Assembly (NCBI GenBank): GCA_001179505.1 | Contig: CDMY01000666.1 | Span: 124,001 to 188,000, forward strand | Length of the DNA stretch: 64,000 nucleotides | Source of the DNA: Vitrella brassicaformis CCMP3155 | Taxonomy: Eukaryota > Protista > Chromerida | Direction of reading: 5' to 3' | Shown: positions 23,990 to 35,664 of the stretch, one piece after another | How the letters are laid out: every line of letters begins with the position of its first letter | How positions within the stretch are numbered: position 1 is the stretch's first letter | Notes under the pieces: generated by a model | The model's database searches: none | The model's input: only the letters and a program-made list of their open reading frames with translations | What the model was told of the DNA's origin: nothing | Position numbers and translations under genes: made by a program

Positions 23990-26900
23990 CTCATCTGTAG
24001 GGGGGTGGGAGGGAGGGAGGGAGGGAGGGAGGAGGGAGGGATAAGCCTGTCTGTCTGGATCTGAGTCTGTTTCTCATCGACTGACTATGTGTGTGTGTGG
24101 GGTGGGGTGGCGTGTGCCTCCATGTGTGTGTGCATGGGTCGCTCGCGTGATTTGCCATTTTGTTAAGGGCTGGCCGTGTATACATACGTGCATGCGTCAT
24201 GACGTCTGCATTTTTGCATAGGACGGGAGCAAGGGACGGGGCGGGGCGGGTTGCGGCGGGGCCAGGGGGGGTTGCAAATTAGTGAGGTTGGCCAGCAGAA
24301 ACAGACTACCACGGCACCAGCAAGTTGTCTGCACGTCCACGCAGCTGTGACAAGGGCTCACAGAGATAGTAGACGACGGGCAGCCGGACACGACACGAGG
24401 GTTTTTTTCATTCACTGGGTCGTCGACTGCCTGACTGACTGACGACTGATGGCTCCATCCGTCATCCATCCGTGTGGTTGGCGTCGTGTCCATGCGTTGA
24501 TATCTGACTGACTGCATAGATAGCTAAGACCTGTGGATGGATGGTTGGACACGGGGCGGTGCTCATTCAGTCAAGCAAGCCTTCGTGGCTGAATGGCAAA
24601 GCGTGCGTGCGTGGGTGCGTGAGGGGGCCCTTACTACTACCTGCAGATAGACAGACTCACACACTCACTCACAGAGAGACGACTCCTTGCTGTACATGTG
24701 TTGCCGAGGTGCCTGCTAATGGTGTGTCCAAATCTTTTCTTCTCTGACCGACCGGCAGCCTTCCTTGCCTAGACAGAAAACAACTTGACACGTACATACA
24801 ATCCACACATACAATCCATACAAAACACACAATGCGTAATCGCTTCCATACCATAAGGTCGGCACTGACTGCACAGCCAGCACAGAGGGGTGCGGGAGGG
24901 CCGGTCTTTTGTGCGTTTTCGTCGGTCGTACTTTCATACAATGTCAATAGACAGATAGACACAACAGGCAGGCAGGCAGGCAGGCCAGCTTCCCTTTCTG
25001 CTGCTCCGTCAGGCAACCCGCTGCTGCAACCAACCCGTTTTTGAAATGATGATGACCTCTATATGGATCTCGATGGATGCCCGTCGGGTGCCCGGTGCCC
25101 GCTCCCTCTGTGTGTCCTCGTCTGTGTGTGTGTGTGTGGGTGGGTGGTGGGTGTGTTCATGTGGTGTGGTGACGGCTACATGCTTACATACATACATACG
25201 TACGACAGGTGGATATGCTGTGCATGCATCACTGGCTCGGCACAACAGAGGATAGGAGAGGAGAGGAGAGGGAGGGGGGAAATGTCAGATGGATGTGTGG
25301 ATTGGGGGGGGGTGGGGGGGTGGATCGGTCGGCGCGGTTCTGTTTTCCTCTCGTCGATCGGTCCCTTTATTCATTCCTTCTGTCTGTCTGTCTGTCTGTC
25401 ATCTCGTGTTTGTTTTGTTGCTGTGTTGTGTTTTGCCGCCGGCCGGCCGGTATTTGTATCTAAATGGATGAGTGGCAAGCAACCAAGACGTCTGACTGTC
25501 TGTCTGTCTGTCTGTTTTCATGAATACTGCGGTCGGTCGGCCTGGTCGAAGACGAATGCCCGGATGCCCGGATGGATAGATGGATGGCTGGATGGTTGGT
25601 CTTTGGCGCCTCCCTTTTGTGGACGGGAGGTGCCGGCCGGGCCGTCTGAACGTTTATGTACGTGTCGTACGTGCGTGCGTGCATGTGTGCGTCGGTCGCA
25701 TCTAGTCATCATCATCTATCTCCCTAGGTCGCTTTCTCTCGGTGCCTGCCTGTTTGCATGTCTGTGCCTGTCTGTCTGTGTGGCATCTCTGTCTGTGTCT
25801 GCGTGTCTGGAGCCGTGTGGTGTGGTGTGCGCTAATCAATCAACAAGGGTGGTAATTACACTGGTACTACTGACTGACTGACTCACTGACTCATCGTGAC
25901 GCGGTGACAAGGCAGCTAAGTCCGGCCGTCACGCGCACACACGTCCATCCATCCATCCATCCCTGTCCGCCTGCACGCCTGCTTTCCTGTTTGTCTGGAT
26001 CCAATCAGTCACATCAATTTGCAGGTGGCTGGCTGGCCGACTACCCACCTTGTCCGTGCACTCACCTCACTCGCCGACCGACTGACCCCTTTTGTTGACG
26101 ATTCGTTCCATCCTTGCCCTGCCTTGCTGTGTGTGTGCGTGCGCGTGATGGATGTGTGTGTGGATGGTGGCTGCCTTTGTGGCGGTGCGGTGGTGCATGG
26201 ATGTGTGTAGATGAGTGCGTGTATCCGTGTGTGTGGCCCTAGTACAGCGTTGTTCGTCACGTCTAGTCACTCGAATGGATGGATGGATGGATACACCACA
26301 TGGGGAGAGGGAGAGAGAGCAGCGGTGGGTGGACTCACACACACATGTGCTACGTGTGCACAGCTGTAGAGCTCTCATTCACCCACCTCACAGAGACACA
26401 CACACACACACATTCATGAGGCTAATGCTCTCAACGGAGAGGAGAGGACCACTCTGACTTCACTCACACACAAATGCTGGCGACCGGTTTTTGGGTATTG
26501 CTGTCACTCACTCACTACTGACTTGCTCTCTCTGTGTGTGCATGGCTGCCTTGTATCTTACCGCCTTCCCTCCCTCCCTCCCTCCCTCCCTCCTTGCTGT
26601 CTCTTTTTCCCCTTCTTGTTGGTCTGTCTCGGCGTCTCTCTCTTGGCGTGTCTGTCGTATGGCCGCCAAGAGCTCTGGTTTAATCCTCCGTGGCTGTGAT
26701 GTTCTCCCTCCCTCTCTCTACCTGTGTGTGTGTGTGTGTGTGTGTCTTGCATACTCAGTGCACCTGTCTGCCTGTCGACCTGCCTGCATGCATCAACCTC
26801 ACATGCTGCCTTCCTGCCTTAGCGGACCGGTGTGTGGCCAGCACCCACCCCATCTGTTCTCCACCTGGCTTTGTCTGTCTACCGATTTCTCAGTCCTATC

Positions 26901-27650
26901 GGCCCACACCCACTCACTCCTTGGATCCTCTCTCGCTTTATTCGTCTGTCAGGCTGTCTGTCTGTCTGTCTCCTCCTGCCGTCCGGTAATGTGGATGTAC
27001 ACGTACGTACGGACGTCTGTCTGTCTGTCTGTCTTGCCTGCCTGTTCGCGCCTGCCTCTGTCTGTCGACCACAGCGTACCATTCCATTCCTTGCCCTCCC
27101 TTCCTGAGCTGAGCTGGGCCCTCCCCTCTGCGTACTCATGGTGCACACGCCATACACACACACATACATACACTTTCACAACTTCACACATACGTGGCGT
27201 GCCTTTCTGACCTCACGTGTGTCCATACCTCTCGTGTGCGCGCGTGTGTGAGTGTGAGCGTGTTCCTGTCTGTGTGTGTGGTGTGGTGTGTGTGTCAAGT
27301 TTTTCATTTGTACGTGGGGACACGGTGGGCCGACTGACTTGACTGACCTGACTGACTGTCTTCTCTGTCTGTCTGCGTCATTACTTTATCACTCCACTCA
27401 TCCATCCCATTACATGACCCACCACTGATGGTCGACGAACGAACGGGCGAATGGGCGGGCGGACAGACGGAGAGATGGAGATGTGGAGGAGGCAGCGCTG
27501 GTTGTGTGTGTGTGTGTGTGCGTGTGTGTGTGCGTGTATATGTATGCGCATGTGCATACATACATACGGAGACTTCACACGCGCTAGAGTGAATCCGTCG
27601 GATCACAACGTACCTTGACATGAGAAAGTCGCCATGATCATCGATTGCAC
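23990..27650. repeat. Microsatellite-rich non-coding tract
   Basis: Dense (TG)n, (TCTG)n, (GATG)n, (CAGG)n and (GGGA)n runs; ORFs here are repeat-derived (VCLSVCLS, HPSIHPS). Confidence 0.75.
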
Positions 27651-27654
27651 TCCA

Positions 27655-28881
27655 TCATGTCACCCCCACCGGCTCACCCATCGATCCTCTCACATAGCAG
27701 GAAGCCATATCAAGTGTCTCCAGCAATCGCCCCACACCTCGATCAGCTGCATGCAAATCTATCAGATACTCGTTAGCCCAGAAGTCAGCTTTGACTCGCA
27801 TTCTCGCGATCACATCGGGAGTGTACAGGCGGATGACGGCGCATGAACAATGTCGTCTGTGAGCAGAACCATTGACGAGACGCCGATGCATGAGCGTGTC
27901 CATGGGGATGAGATAAAGATGACGAGGAGATGGGAGGGAGAGGGCCAGGAGGTCGAAGTCACTGTCTTCGTACATTTGGCTTTTGCGACGGCCATTCAGC
28001 GTCCCCGCACACTTTTTGAGGATCACGTGCAGAGAGTTTGTTTCCGATCGAGCATATGCCGTCTTGTGCTGGACTCGAAAGCGCCTCCCTTCCCACACCC
28101 ACACACCATCGACAGTTGTGTGCTCATGGACAGGCAGCCGAAAGAAAGAGATGCCTGCAGTCGTCAATAGGGGGTCCCACGCTCTCACCGAGGCTTCTCC
28201 CTTCTGATGGCTTGCCGAGCGCTGCTTCATGATGCCCCCCAATGGAGATTTGATGAATAATGGGTCCGCGTAAGCCCTCGTCAATCTGTCAGATAGCGCG
28301 TCGGGGCCCTCCAAAGCTGTCGTGCATCGAAAGCCAGGACAGTCCCATTGCCCGTTCTCGAATACATGGATGTCCCCGCATCCTCTGACTGCGGTAAGCA
28401 TTGTCCCGCAGTACAGCCAGATCCGGTAGTCTCTGAGAGCCACACAGACGACCGGCATAGTGGGATATTGGTTGGTTCGCCGAAAAGGCCAAGACCGACC
28501 ACGACAGCCATTCTTCTCCTTGCATGTCTTCACTTGAACAGGCAGCCATTCATCCTTCTCCACACCAAGCGGCCGCACTGCAAGGTCCGCATGTGCATAC
28601 TCGTAAGTTCTTCTGACCTCCAGCTGTGTCCTCAGCAAGTCCACAACACACTGCACACCGGAATTGGCAATAAGAATGTTGGCTGAAGCCTTAGAGAAGA
28701 ATCGCCCACGGCAGAGAGCCACACCAGTGGGAGCCACAGGTTGCCGTGCAGGAGGCGACCGAGGAAGGGCCAGGATTGCGCCAGTGCAAATGTGCAAAGG
28801 GCCCACCAGCAGACGTCTGGACACGTTGGAGGTGGCGTGTCGCATCATCATAAGCGAACGGGCGGGATCGCTCGCTGCCAT
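27655..28881 (-). CDS. Intronless tandem PD-(D/E)xK nuclease-like protein (I-Ssp6803I/PDDEXK_5-like) with putative mitochondrial presequence
   Basis: 408-aa single-exon ORF. Domain 1 ADLAVRP...WLPVQVKT; domain 2 E...VDGVWVWEGRRFRVQHKTA...YEDSDFDLLAL...LYLIPMDTL. The N-terminus is Arg/Ser/Ala-rich with almost no acidic residues (SRRLL...RGRFFSKAS). Confidence 0.8.
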   Translation of the reverse strand: MAASDPARSLMMMRHATSNVSRRLLVGPLHICTGAILALPRSPPARQPVAPTGVALCRGRFFSKASANILIANSGVQCVVDLLRTQLEVRRTYEYAHADLAVRPLGVEKDEWLPVQVKTCKEKNGCRGRSWPFRRTNQYPTMPVVCVALRDYRIWLYCGTMLTAVRGCGDIHVFENGQWDCPGFRCTTALEGPDALSDRLTRAYADPLFIKSPLGGIMKQRSASHQKGEASVRAWDPLLTTAGISFFRLPVHEHTTVDGVWVWEGRRFRVQHKTAYARSETNSLHVILKKCAGTLNGRRKSQMYEDSDFDLLALSLPSPRHLYLIPMDTLMHRRLVNGSAHRRHCSCAVIRLYTPDVIARMRVKADFWANEYLIDLHAADRGVGRLLETLDMASCYVRGSMGEPVGVT

Positions 28882-28923
28882 ACCTCGCAGCTAAGCTCGC
28901 AGCCGCTCTTCTAAAAGGCAACC
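28882..28923. promoter_or_regulatory. Very short divergent intergenic region (bidirectional promoter candidate)
   Basis: 42 bp between ATG 28881 (-) and ATG 28924 (+). Confidence 0.45.
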
Positions 28924-30516
28924 ATGCCGACAGCCAGCTGTGCAGCATGCGGTCAAGAAGAATGCAGCAAGGTCAGAAATTGCGATCATTTCATGTACAT
29001 ATCTTCTTTCTCATGCGCTGCCCTCGTTGTCAGTGTTGCGCCAAGTGCCAGCGGGTCTGCTACTGCTCGAAGGTCAGCAGAGAGATCTTTATCTTCGCGA
29101 CGTCGGCATCCATCCCTCTTTTGTCTGCGCAGGAGTGTCAGGTCGCTCATTGGAAGGCAGGGCACAAACACGAGTGCGGCGGGATGAAGCAGGCCACAGA
29201 AGGAGCCACACCTGCAGCTGACACATCTACTGAAGCGGCCTTATCAAAGGAACAGCCTATCTGCAGCATCTGCAAGGAGAACAAGGCGGCCATGGTTGGT
29301 GCCATCGATGTTTGAGTGTGGCTGGACCATTGCTGTTTCCTTGTGAGTGAGTTTGTGTGTGTGTGTGTGTGTGTGTGCATCAGCGTGTCAAGTGTGAGGT
29401 GTCTGCTGGCGATGCGACAGAGTCCGACACGCTCGACATATGCTCAGCGGTGAGATGTCTGCTGCCGCACAAGACGGCAGCTTCTTGTTTGTTCTTGTGT
29501 GCATGCTCTTGTTTCTGCAGGAGTGTTTGGGTGTGATAGAGGAGGCGACAGCCAAGATGATTGAAAGCCAGACGCCCGGCTGGTCGCTGCACCTCGAGAA
29601 GTGCGCCGTGTGTGAAGAGCCCGCCACTGTGGTAAGACCTGCACGGACGCAGCACTCATCGACCTGCTCTTGTGATGTTGTCGTAGCGTCGCTTTGGTGT
29701 GTCGTGTGACGCTGACAGTGGGCATGTCGTGTTCGACTTCGAGGACTACTGCTCTGACGTGAGAAAACGCACACTCATATCGACAGCTTGGGGATGGTCT
29801 GTGTGTATGTCCATGTGCATGAATGCATTGATGCAGGGTTGTTACAAGATCGACTGTGACCTAGCGCAGAAGGACATACGGCGCATGCACCGGGGCGGCG
29901 GCTCTAACATGGGCGGGCCGGACATCCACACAGACGAGAATGGCCGAATCGCCGACTTGCTCAACATGGCAAAAGCAGGTACCGTTCAAGAGCCACAAAA
30001 AAGAAATGCGGTGATCTCTGTGTCGTGCATGCAGGCCACGTGATAGAGCTGCGCTTCAAGTCTAACATCACCAATCTGACCCACCGGCTGTTCCACCAGG
30101 CGGCAGCCGTCTACACGGGGGCGCAGCGTGTGATCGACCAAGACGCATCACGTGCACATGCCGACATCGAGCAGCTGGTGGCCGACCTCAAGACCCGCAT
30201 CGCCAGCCTCGAGACAGACCTGCCGACTAACCGCGGGATATTCAGTGAGTATGGCGAGGTAAGTGCCCACTGTGGTGCACACCGAGCATTTGAGTGCGTG
30301 TTGCTCATGCAGGCGGTGCTCGAGTATGCTCTCCTGAGCAACTTCTTCGGCTGGATGGACAGCGGGGCGTATGAGCTTGTGCTGGCTGGTGTGTCGAGTG
30401 TGAATGCCGTCGTCGACACCAAGGCAGATGAGCTGGTGTTCGTGCTGCTGCCTGGCTGGGACTGTGAGCAGGTGGTATATACGTCGGGAGGCTTTTTGCG
30501 TCGGTGCGGCGTGTAA
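28924..30516 (+). CDS. zf-MYND domain protein (multi-exon)
   Basis: Spliced N-terminus CAACG...CAKCQRVCYCSK|ECQVAHWKAGHKHEC is a canonical MYND finger; further CxxC pairs (CSICKE, CAVCEE); helical C-terminal exons; stop 30516. Confidence 0.8.
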
Positions 30517-31208
30517 GGTCTAAGATACACGGTGACTGACTGTCACTTGGGTGTACTAGGTCTATTCCATGTATGTGTGTATGTGCATAGCTAGATCAGA
30601 TCCGTGCATTTATCGGTTGTGCTATAGTCCTTCGTTTCTGCATCAGACTTCAGCAAGGAAGTGAATCATCTGTCCGTCCCCCCTCTCTTGCTCGCCCATC
30701 CACACATAGATAAACCATTGCCACACGTCTGTCGACACAGACAGACAAACAGACTCTCAAGGAAGCTGCGATGTGCCATACACGGCCGTCTCCAGGCGTT
30801 GCTTTCCTCTCTTCAGTCCCTTTCTGTTGCACTGAAGGCAGCCCAATGGCATGCCAGCCAGGGTTCTTCTGCCGCCCACCGCCTTGCAGGTCCCGGCCCG
30901 TCTCGGCGGCAGGAGGCGGGACGCGCCATGCCGATGCCGATTCACGGCTCCGTCTTTCCGTTTCTGCTGCCTCGGGGCTGCACCACCTTCTGAAGTCCTC
31001 TCCTGGGCGGCGCGCCAGCTGTCACGAAGACCAGCCGAATGTAGAGGAGAGGGCACCACGAACTCCCCAGGAAGAAATTCCACACGTGGCGCATTGGGGA
31101 GGGAGGAGGAGGGCAGCGAGACGCGGGAAAGCTCGCAGACTGCGGTAAACTCGTTGATTTCTAACGGCTTTTTCTCTTCACCAAAGCAGGGGAGGCACCG
31201 TGGCGGGA

Positions 31209-32585
31209 ATGAGGAAGGCGACATCCACGTCGCTGCCGCCGCGCCCCAACCGTCCCAGCCGGGCGACCTCGCTGTTGTGCTTCGTCCGCCCTCCGAGAGC
31301 GCCGTTCCATGCAGGCCTGGCGAGGAGCGGCGACAGCGATAGCCTGGTCAAGCCCGGCAAGGCCGTCAGGAGCGACGCCCTGCCGCCCAGGCAGCCCGCC
31401 GCCAAGAGGGGCAAGTGGCGGAGGGCGGCTGTGTCGGTCCCACCGCCCATCCAGACGCCTACTGCTAGGTCAGTCAGTCAGACATTGTGGAATGGCCGAG
31501 GAACACTCGTGTGAAGCGAGATTGCTGTACCATATGCTCTCTGTGTGTTGTTTGTTACGATGGTTCCTTTTGTGGTCAGGTGTGTGCCGTGGGTGCCCCT
31601 GACCCGTCCGAAGCGGGCGTTGGGGAGCAGCAGCAACAGCACCGCTCGCCGCCGGCCTCGCGCGCGGTCTCGTGAGCCGCATCGGCCTCGCGAGACCCAT
31701 CAGAGCCTCAAGCGGACGACCAGTCGATTCCGGTCCCTATCGCTGACTCTGAGGAGCTACTTCAACCCCTCGGGCAAGTCCACTCATGCCGTGTCATCCA
31801 CCTCAACCACTACTGCTGGGACGCCATCGCCAGGTGCGCAAGGAAGAAGCCACGATCGATCGACGCGGAGGCACAGCTAATGTCGTGTGTGTTGTGTGGT
31901 GTTGTGTGGTGTTGTTTCAGATTGCAGCAGTCGGTGTTCGTTCCTGAGTGGTGCTGGCGATCTGACGGTTCGCCCCCCCAAGCTGCTGCTGCCCATCCCC
32001 ATCAAGCGCACCATCACCGACGGCCCCCGCGGCCCCTCCCTCCCCCCATGCTCCCTGCAGCAGATCACCCTCCCATCCGTCCCCCCATGTATCGGCCTCA
32101 CACCCACCCACTCATTCGCCTGCGGCTTCTCGAGTGACCCGCGAGTGTTGTGGGAGCACCCCCAGCCCATCCCCCTCCCACCCACACCCGCCATCCACCG
32201 GCTCCGCGGCGGCCGCGGCCGACATAAGGCGGTCGACCTGGTCTTCTTTCAGAGGAAGAGGGAGCGGTCCACTGACAGGGCGCCCAGCACCCAAGGGGGC
32301 GGCCCACCGCCAGCCAGCGCCAGCGGGGCCGGGGGCGGTGTTGGCGTGTCGGGTTCGATTGGCGGCGGCGGCGGCGGTGGTGGTGGTTGTGGCGGTGTTA
32401 GTTGTGTGAAGCCGCCGCAGCCGCCGCAGAAGAGCGAGGGTGAGTTGGTGGTGCGCCGGCGGAGGGGCCGGTACGACATGGGCAGGCGAAGTATTTCTGT
32501 CGACCGGGGCGGCCGCATCGTCGCGGGCAGGCAAGTGCCGCTGGACCACATCACGCTGGCGCAGATGGCCGGGACCAGGGAGTGA
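31209..32585 (+). CDS. Low-complexity Pro/Ser/Gly/Arg-rich hypothetical protein
   Basis: Three exons joined by typical GT..(TG)n..CAG introns; the last exon reads to TGA at 32585. It may extend 5' to about 30830. Confidence 0.45.
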
Positions 32586-32589
32586 CGAG

Positions 32590-35500
32590 AAGAACACAGC
32601 ACAGCACAGTGGCACGGCACACAGAGAGACGCGCAAGCCAGAGAGAGAGAGATAGGGAGGGAGGGAGGGAGGGGCTGTGTATGCCTGATATGGGTGGTGG
32701 GTGCGTGGGTGTGTGTTATTATCATTGGGAGGGGTCTGTGCTGCGCTGTCAAGACACAGAACGAAATCGGGCTGGTGTTGAATTGCTTTCTCTATTTCCA
32801 TCGACTGATCGACCGATTTGCCCTGCCTGGCTGTCGGGCTTTCCTATCATGCCACCCTGTCATGCCCTCCTCTTATTGTGCTGGCTACTCAACGATGGTA
32901 GCGGCACGCCTCACCTGTCTGTCTCTCTGTCTGCCTGTCTGCTGGCTGTCTGTCTGTCTGTCTGTTTGGCTGTCTGTTTGGCTGTCTGGCCCCCTGCCTG
33001 TGAAGTTAGAGAGTGTCTGTTTGTCGCCATTCCTTTCTTGGGTGATTCCTATGAGTGAGTGAGTGTGTATGTCGTGGTGCGATTTCGTCTCGTGCACCTT
33101 GAGGGCAAGGCAGAGCGGAGCGGGGTAGGCGGTTGGGCGAGTGATGGATGGAGGGAGGGAGGGAGGGAAGGCCAAGCCAGCCCCGGCAATGCACGAGGGG
33201 CGAGCGGCCCCCTCCGCTCCTTATTTAAATGATGACGACTGATGAGTGATGACCATGGATGGATCGATGCATCGATGGATGGACCACACCCTTTTGCTGA
33301 CCGGCAAGCACACTCACACACATCACATTCACCCACGCGACGCCCCTCCGCCCGCTTGCTGCTGCGCCTTTCTCTTTCGCTTTCTTCCACACACAACACA
33401 CACACGCGCACGTGGGTGGGGGGGCGACCGAGTGAGCGTATGATTGTACGTGTATAGGGATGGGATTCTCTCTGGCTTGATGGATTGATGGATTGATGGA
33501 TGGATGGATGGATGCTGCGCTGTGTCGCGTTTTGGCAGCTTTGAGGGCGGGGAAAGGAGAGGCCAGGGGCCTGAATCGATGCGCGCAGGGGGGAGACACG
33601 AGAGACGCGGGACGACCGGGGGGAACGGGCATCCACGTGAGAGAGAAGAGATTTGGAGGGAAGGAGGGAGGGGGAAAGGTTCGGAGGGGGGAGGGGCCGC
33701 CCACCCACACCCACATTGCATGCATGCATTGCAGTCATTGTGGTGTCCATCACCAGCTGCCCCGACGCCACCAGCACACATCACACGTCACCGTCACACA
33801 CACACGCACACACCCACACATGACATGGCACACACACTTATCTCGCTTTGATGAACGGTTCACCATCACTTGTACATGTGTCTCGCCTCACCTCCCTGTG
33901 TGTATACCTATACGTGACCAGCAGCCAGCCGGTTGGTCCCCGCTCCCCTCCCCCTCCCTCCTCTTTCCCCCCTCCCGGGCTGTCATGTGCTCGTCGTGCT
34001 TGGCTTGTAGGGCACTCCTCACTCTCTCCTTCTGTGGACTACGCTATACTGGACTGCTGTATCCTCATGTGTACATGTGTGTGTCAGGAGACTTGCGAAG
34101 ACTGTGGATACGGACGAACGAAGACAGGCCCACTTCGGTTTTTGGTTATCGATCGCGGTACATACCATACTCTTCTCTCTCTGTGTGTCTGTGCATGTGC
34201 ATGTGTGTGTGTATCTGTGTTCCCGTGTGCGTGAATATCGTCCCCTGCCCTCCCTCCTTGCCTTGCCTTGCCCATGCCCCACTCACTGACCCCTATCTGC
34301 ATGCGTCATGCGTACCTACATCAATACACGTGTGTGCGTGAGTGTGTGTGGGCGGGCGGCCGGGGGGCCGGCGCAGCCTATATGTGCTGCCTGACTGCTT
34401 GCCTGCTTGCCTGTCTTGTCTGCCTGCGTAACGGCTGCCTTCTGCGTGTCTGTCCGTCTGTCCATTTTGTGTGGACAGACAGACCGACAAAGCCTCACAC
34501 AGCAGAGAAGTTTGGTCAGCGCTGGTGGAAGAAAGGAAGGGAAAGAGAGAGGGAGGGGTACATATGGATTTCGAGACAGATCGACAGATCGACAGCCAGC
34601 CAGCCAGCCATACAGACAGCCAGACAGCCAAGTTTTGCCTACGTGTATATATGCCCACAGCATCATGATGTATGTGTGTGTTGTGTGTTGTGTGATTGTA
34701 CGCGATGCCTGCCTGCCTGCCTGCCTGGATACCTACCTGCATATTGACAGACATCACACAACAGATAGATCGGCCTAGTTTGACCTGCTGGAGCAGAGAG
34801 AGAAGAAAGACAGAGAGACAAGTTGACAGACAGACAGACAGCTGAGGCATTCGTCGTGTATGTGTGTGCATGTGTGTGTGCATGTGTGTGCGCGCGTGGT
34901 GACAGTCTTAGTTTGTTTCATTCCTTTCATTGACTGAGTGATTGATTGATTCCTTCGTTCGTTCGTACAGCTGACTCCACCCACCTGACTCCATGGACTG
35001 ACTGACTGAGTGACTGACTGGTTGACTGAGTGAGTGACTGATTGGATTGCTTGACTGGCTAGTTTGGGGCACGATGGGGGCTGGATGCTGCGGAATGGGA
35101 TGGAATAGGATGCTTGATTGGTGGCTGGTTGATGCAGGCAGGAGTGCCCGCCATGCACACGCAGGCACAGCACACACAGCACATAGACAGACATTGGTGT
35201 TGGACTCATTGTGTAACGGCGCATCGATGGACACTGGGTCGTGTGAGAGCCTGTGCGTTGGGTTGGAAGCTTCGTCGGTTTAGCTGCCACTGTAGCTAGC
35301 TGGATGGATGATGGATGATGGTGCTGGTGGTGGTGGTGCTGCTGGTGGTGGTGCTGGCCGGTGGCTGTGGGCGGCGGGGCGGGGGAGGACACGGACGTGG
35401 TCATGGTCGATCGGGCGTGCGGCTCATGCATTCGATCACGTGTACACTCACTCGCTGAACGACCTCAATCCAATCGATGCCTGGCTGTCTGTCTGCCTGC

Positions 35501-35650
35501 CATCTGGATCGCTCGGCATTCATGTGATGATTCATTCCCCTAGCTACGCAGTCGCTTGCAGGTCCACGCATGCGCCACACGAACATCAGCCGTGTCTCTC
35601 TCTGTCTCTATCACATGAGGACTATTCACAAAGCCAAAGCCACACTAAGA
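32590..35650. repeat. Microsatellite-rich non-coding tract
   Basis: (TCTG)n, (GATG)n, (TG)n, (CAGA)n, (GCCT)n and (GACT)n runs; only repeat-derived ORFs. Confidence 0.75.
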
Positions 35651-35664
35651 CAGACAAGTATGCA

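Noticed and set aside
24000-27600. Numerous 60-270 aa ORFs in the microsatellite tracts (also 32600-35600)
   Set aside because: Translations are repeat-derived (VCVC, CLSV, HPSI, THTH); no domain signal or codon bias.
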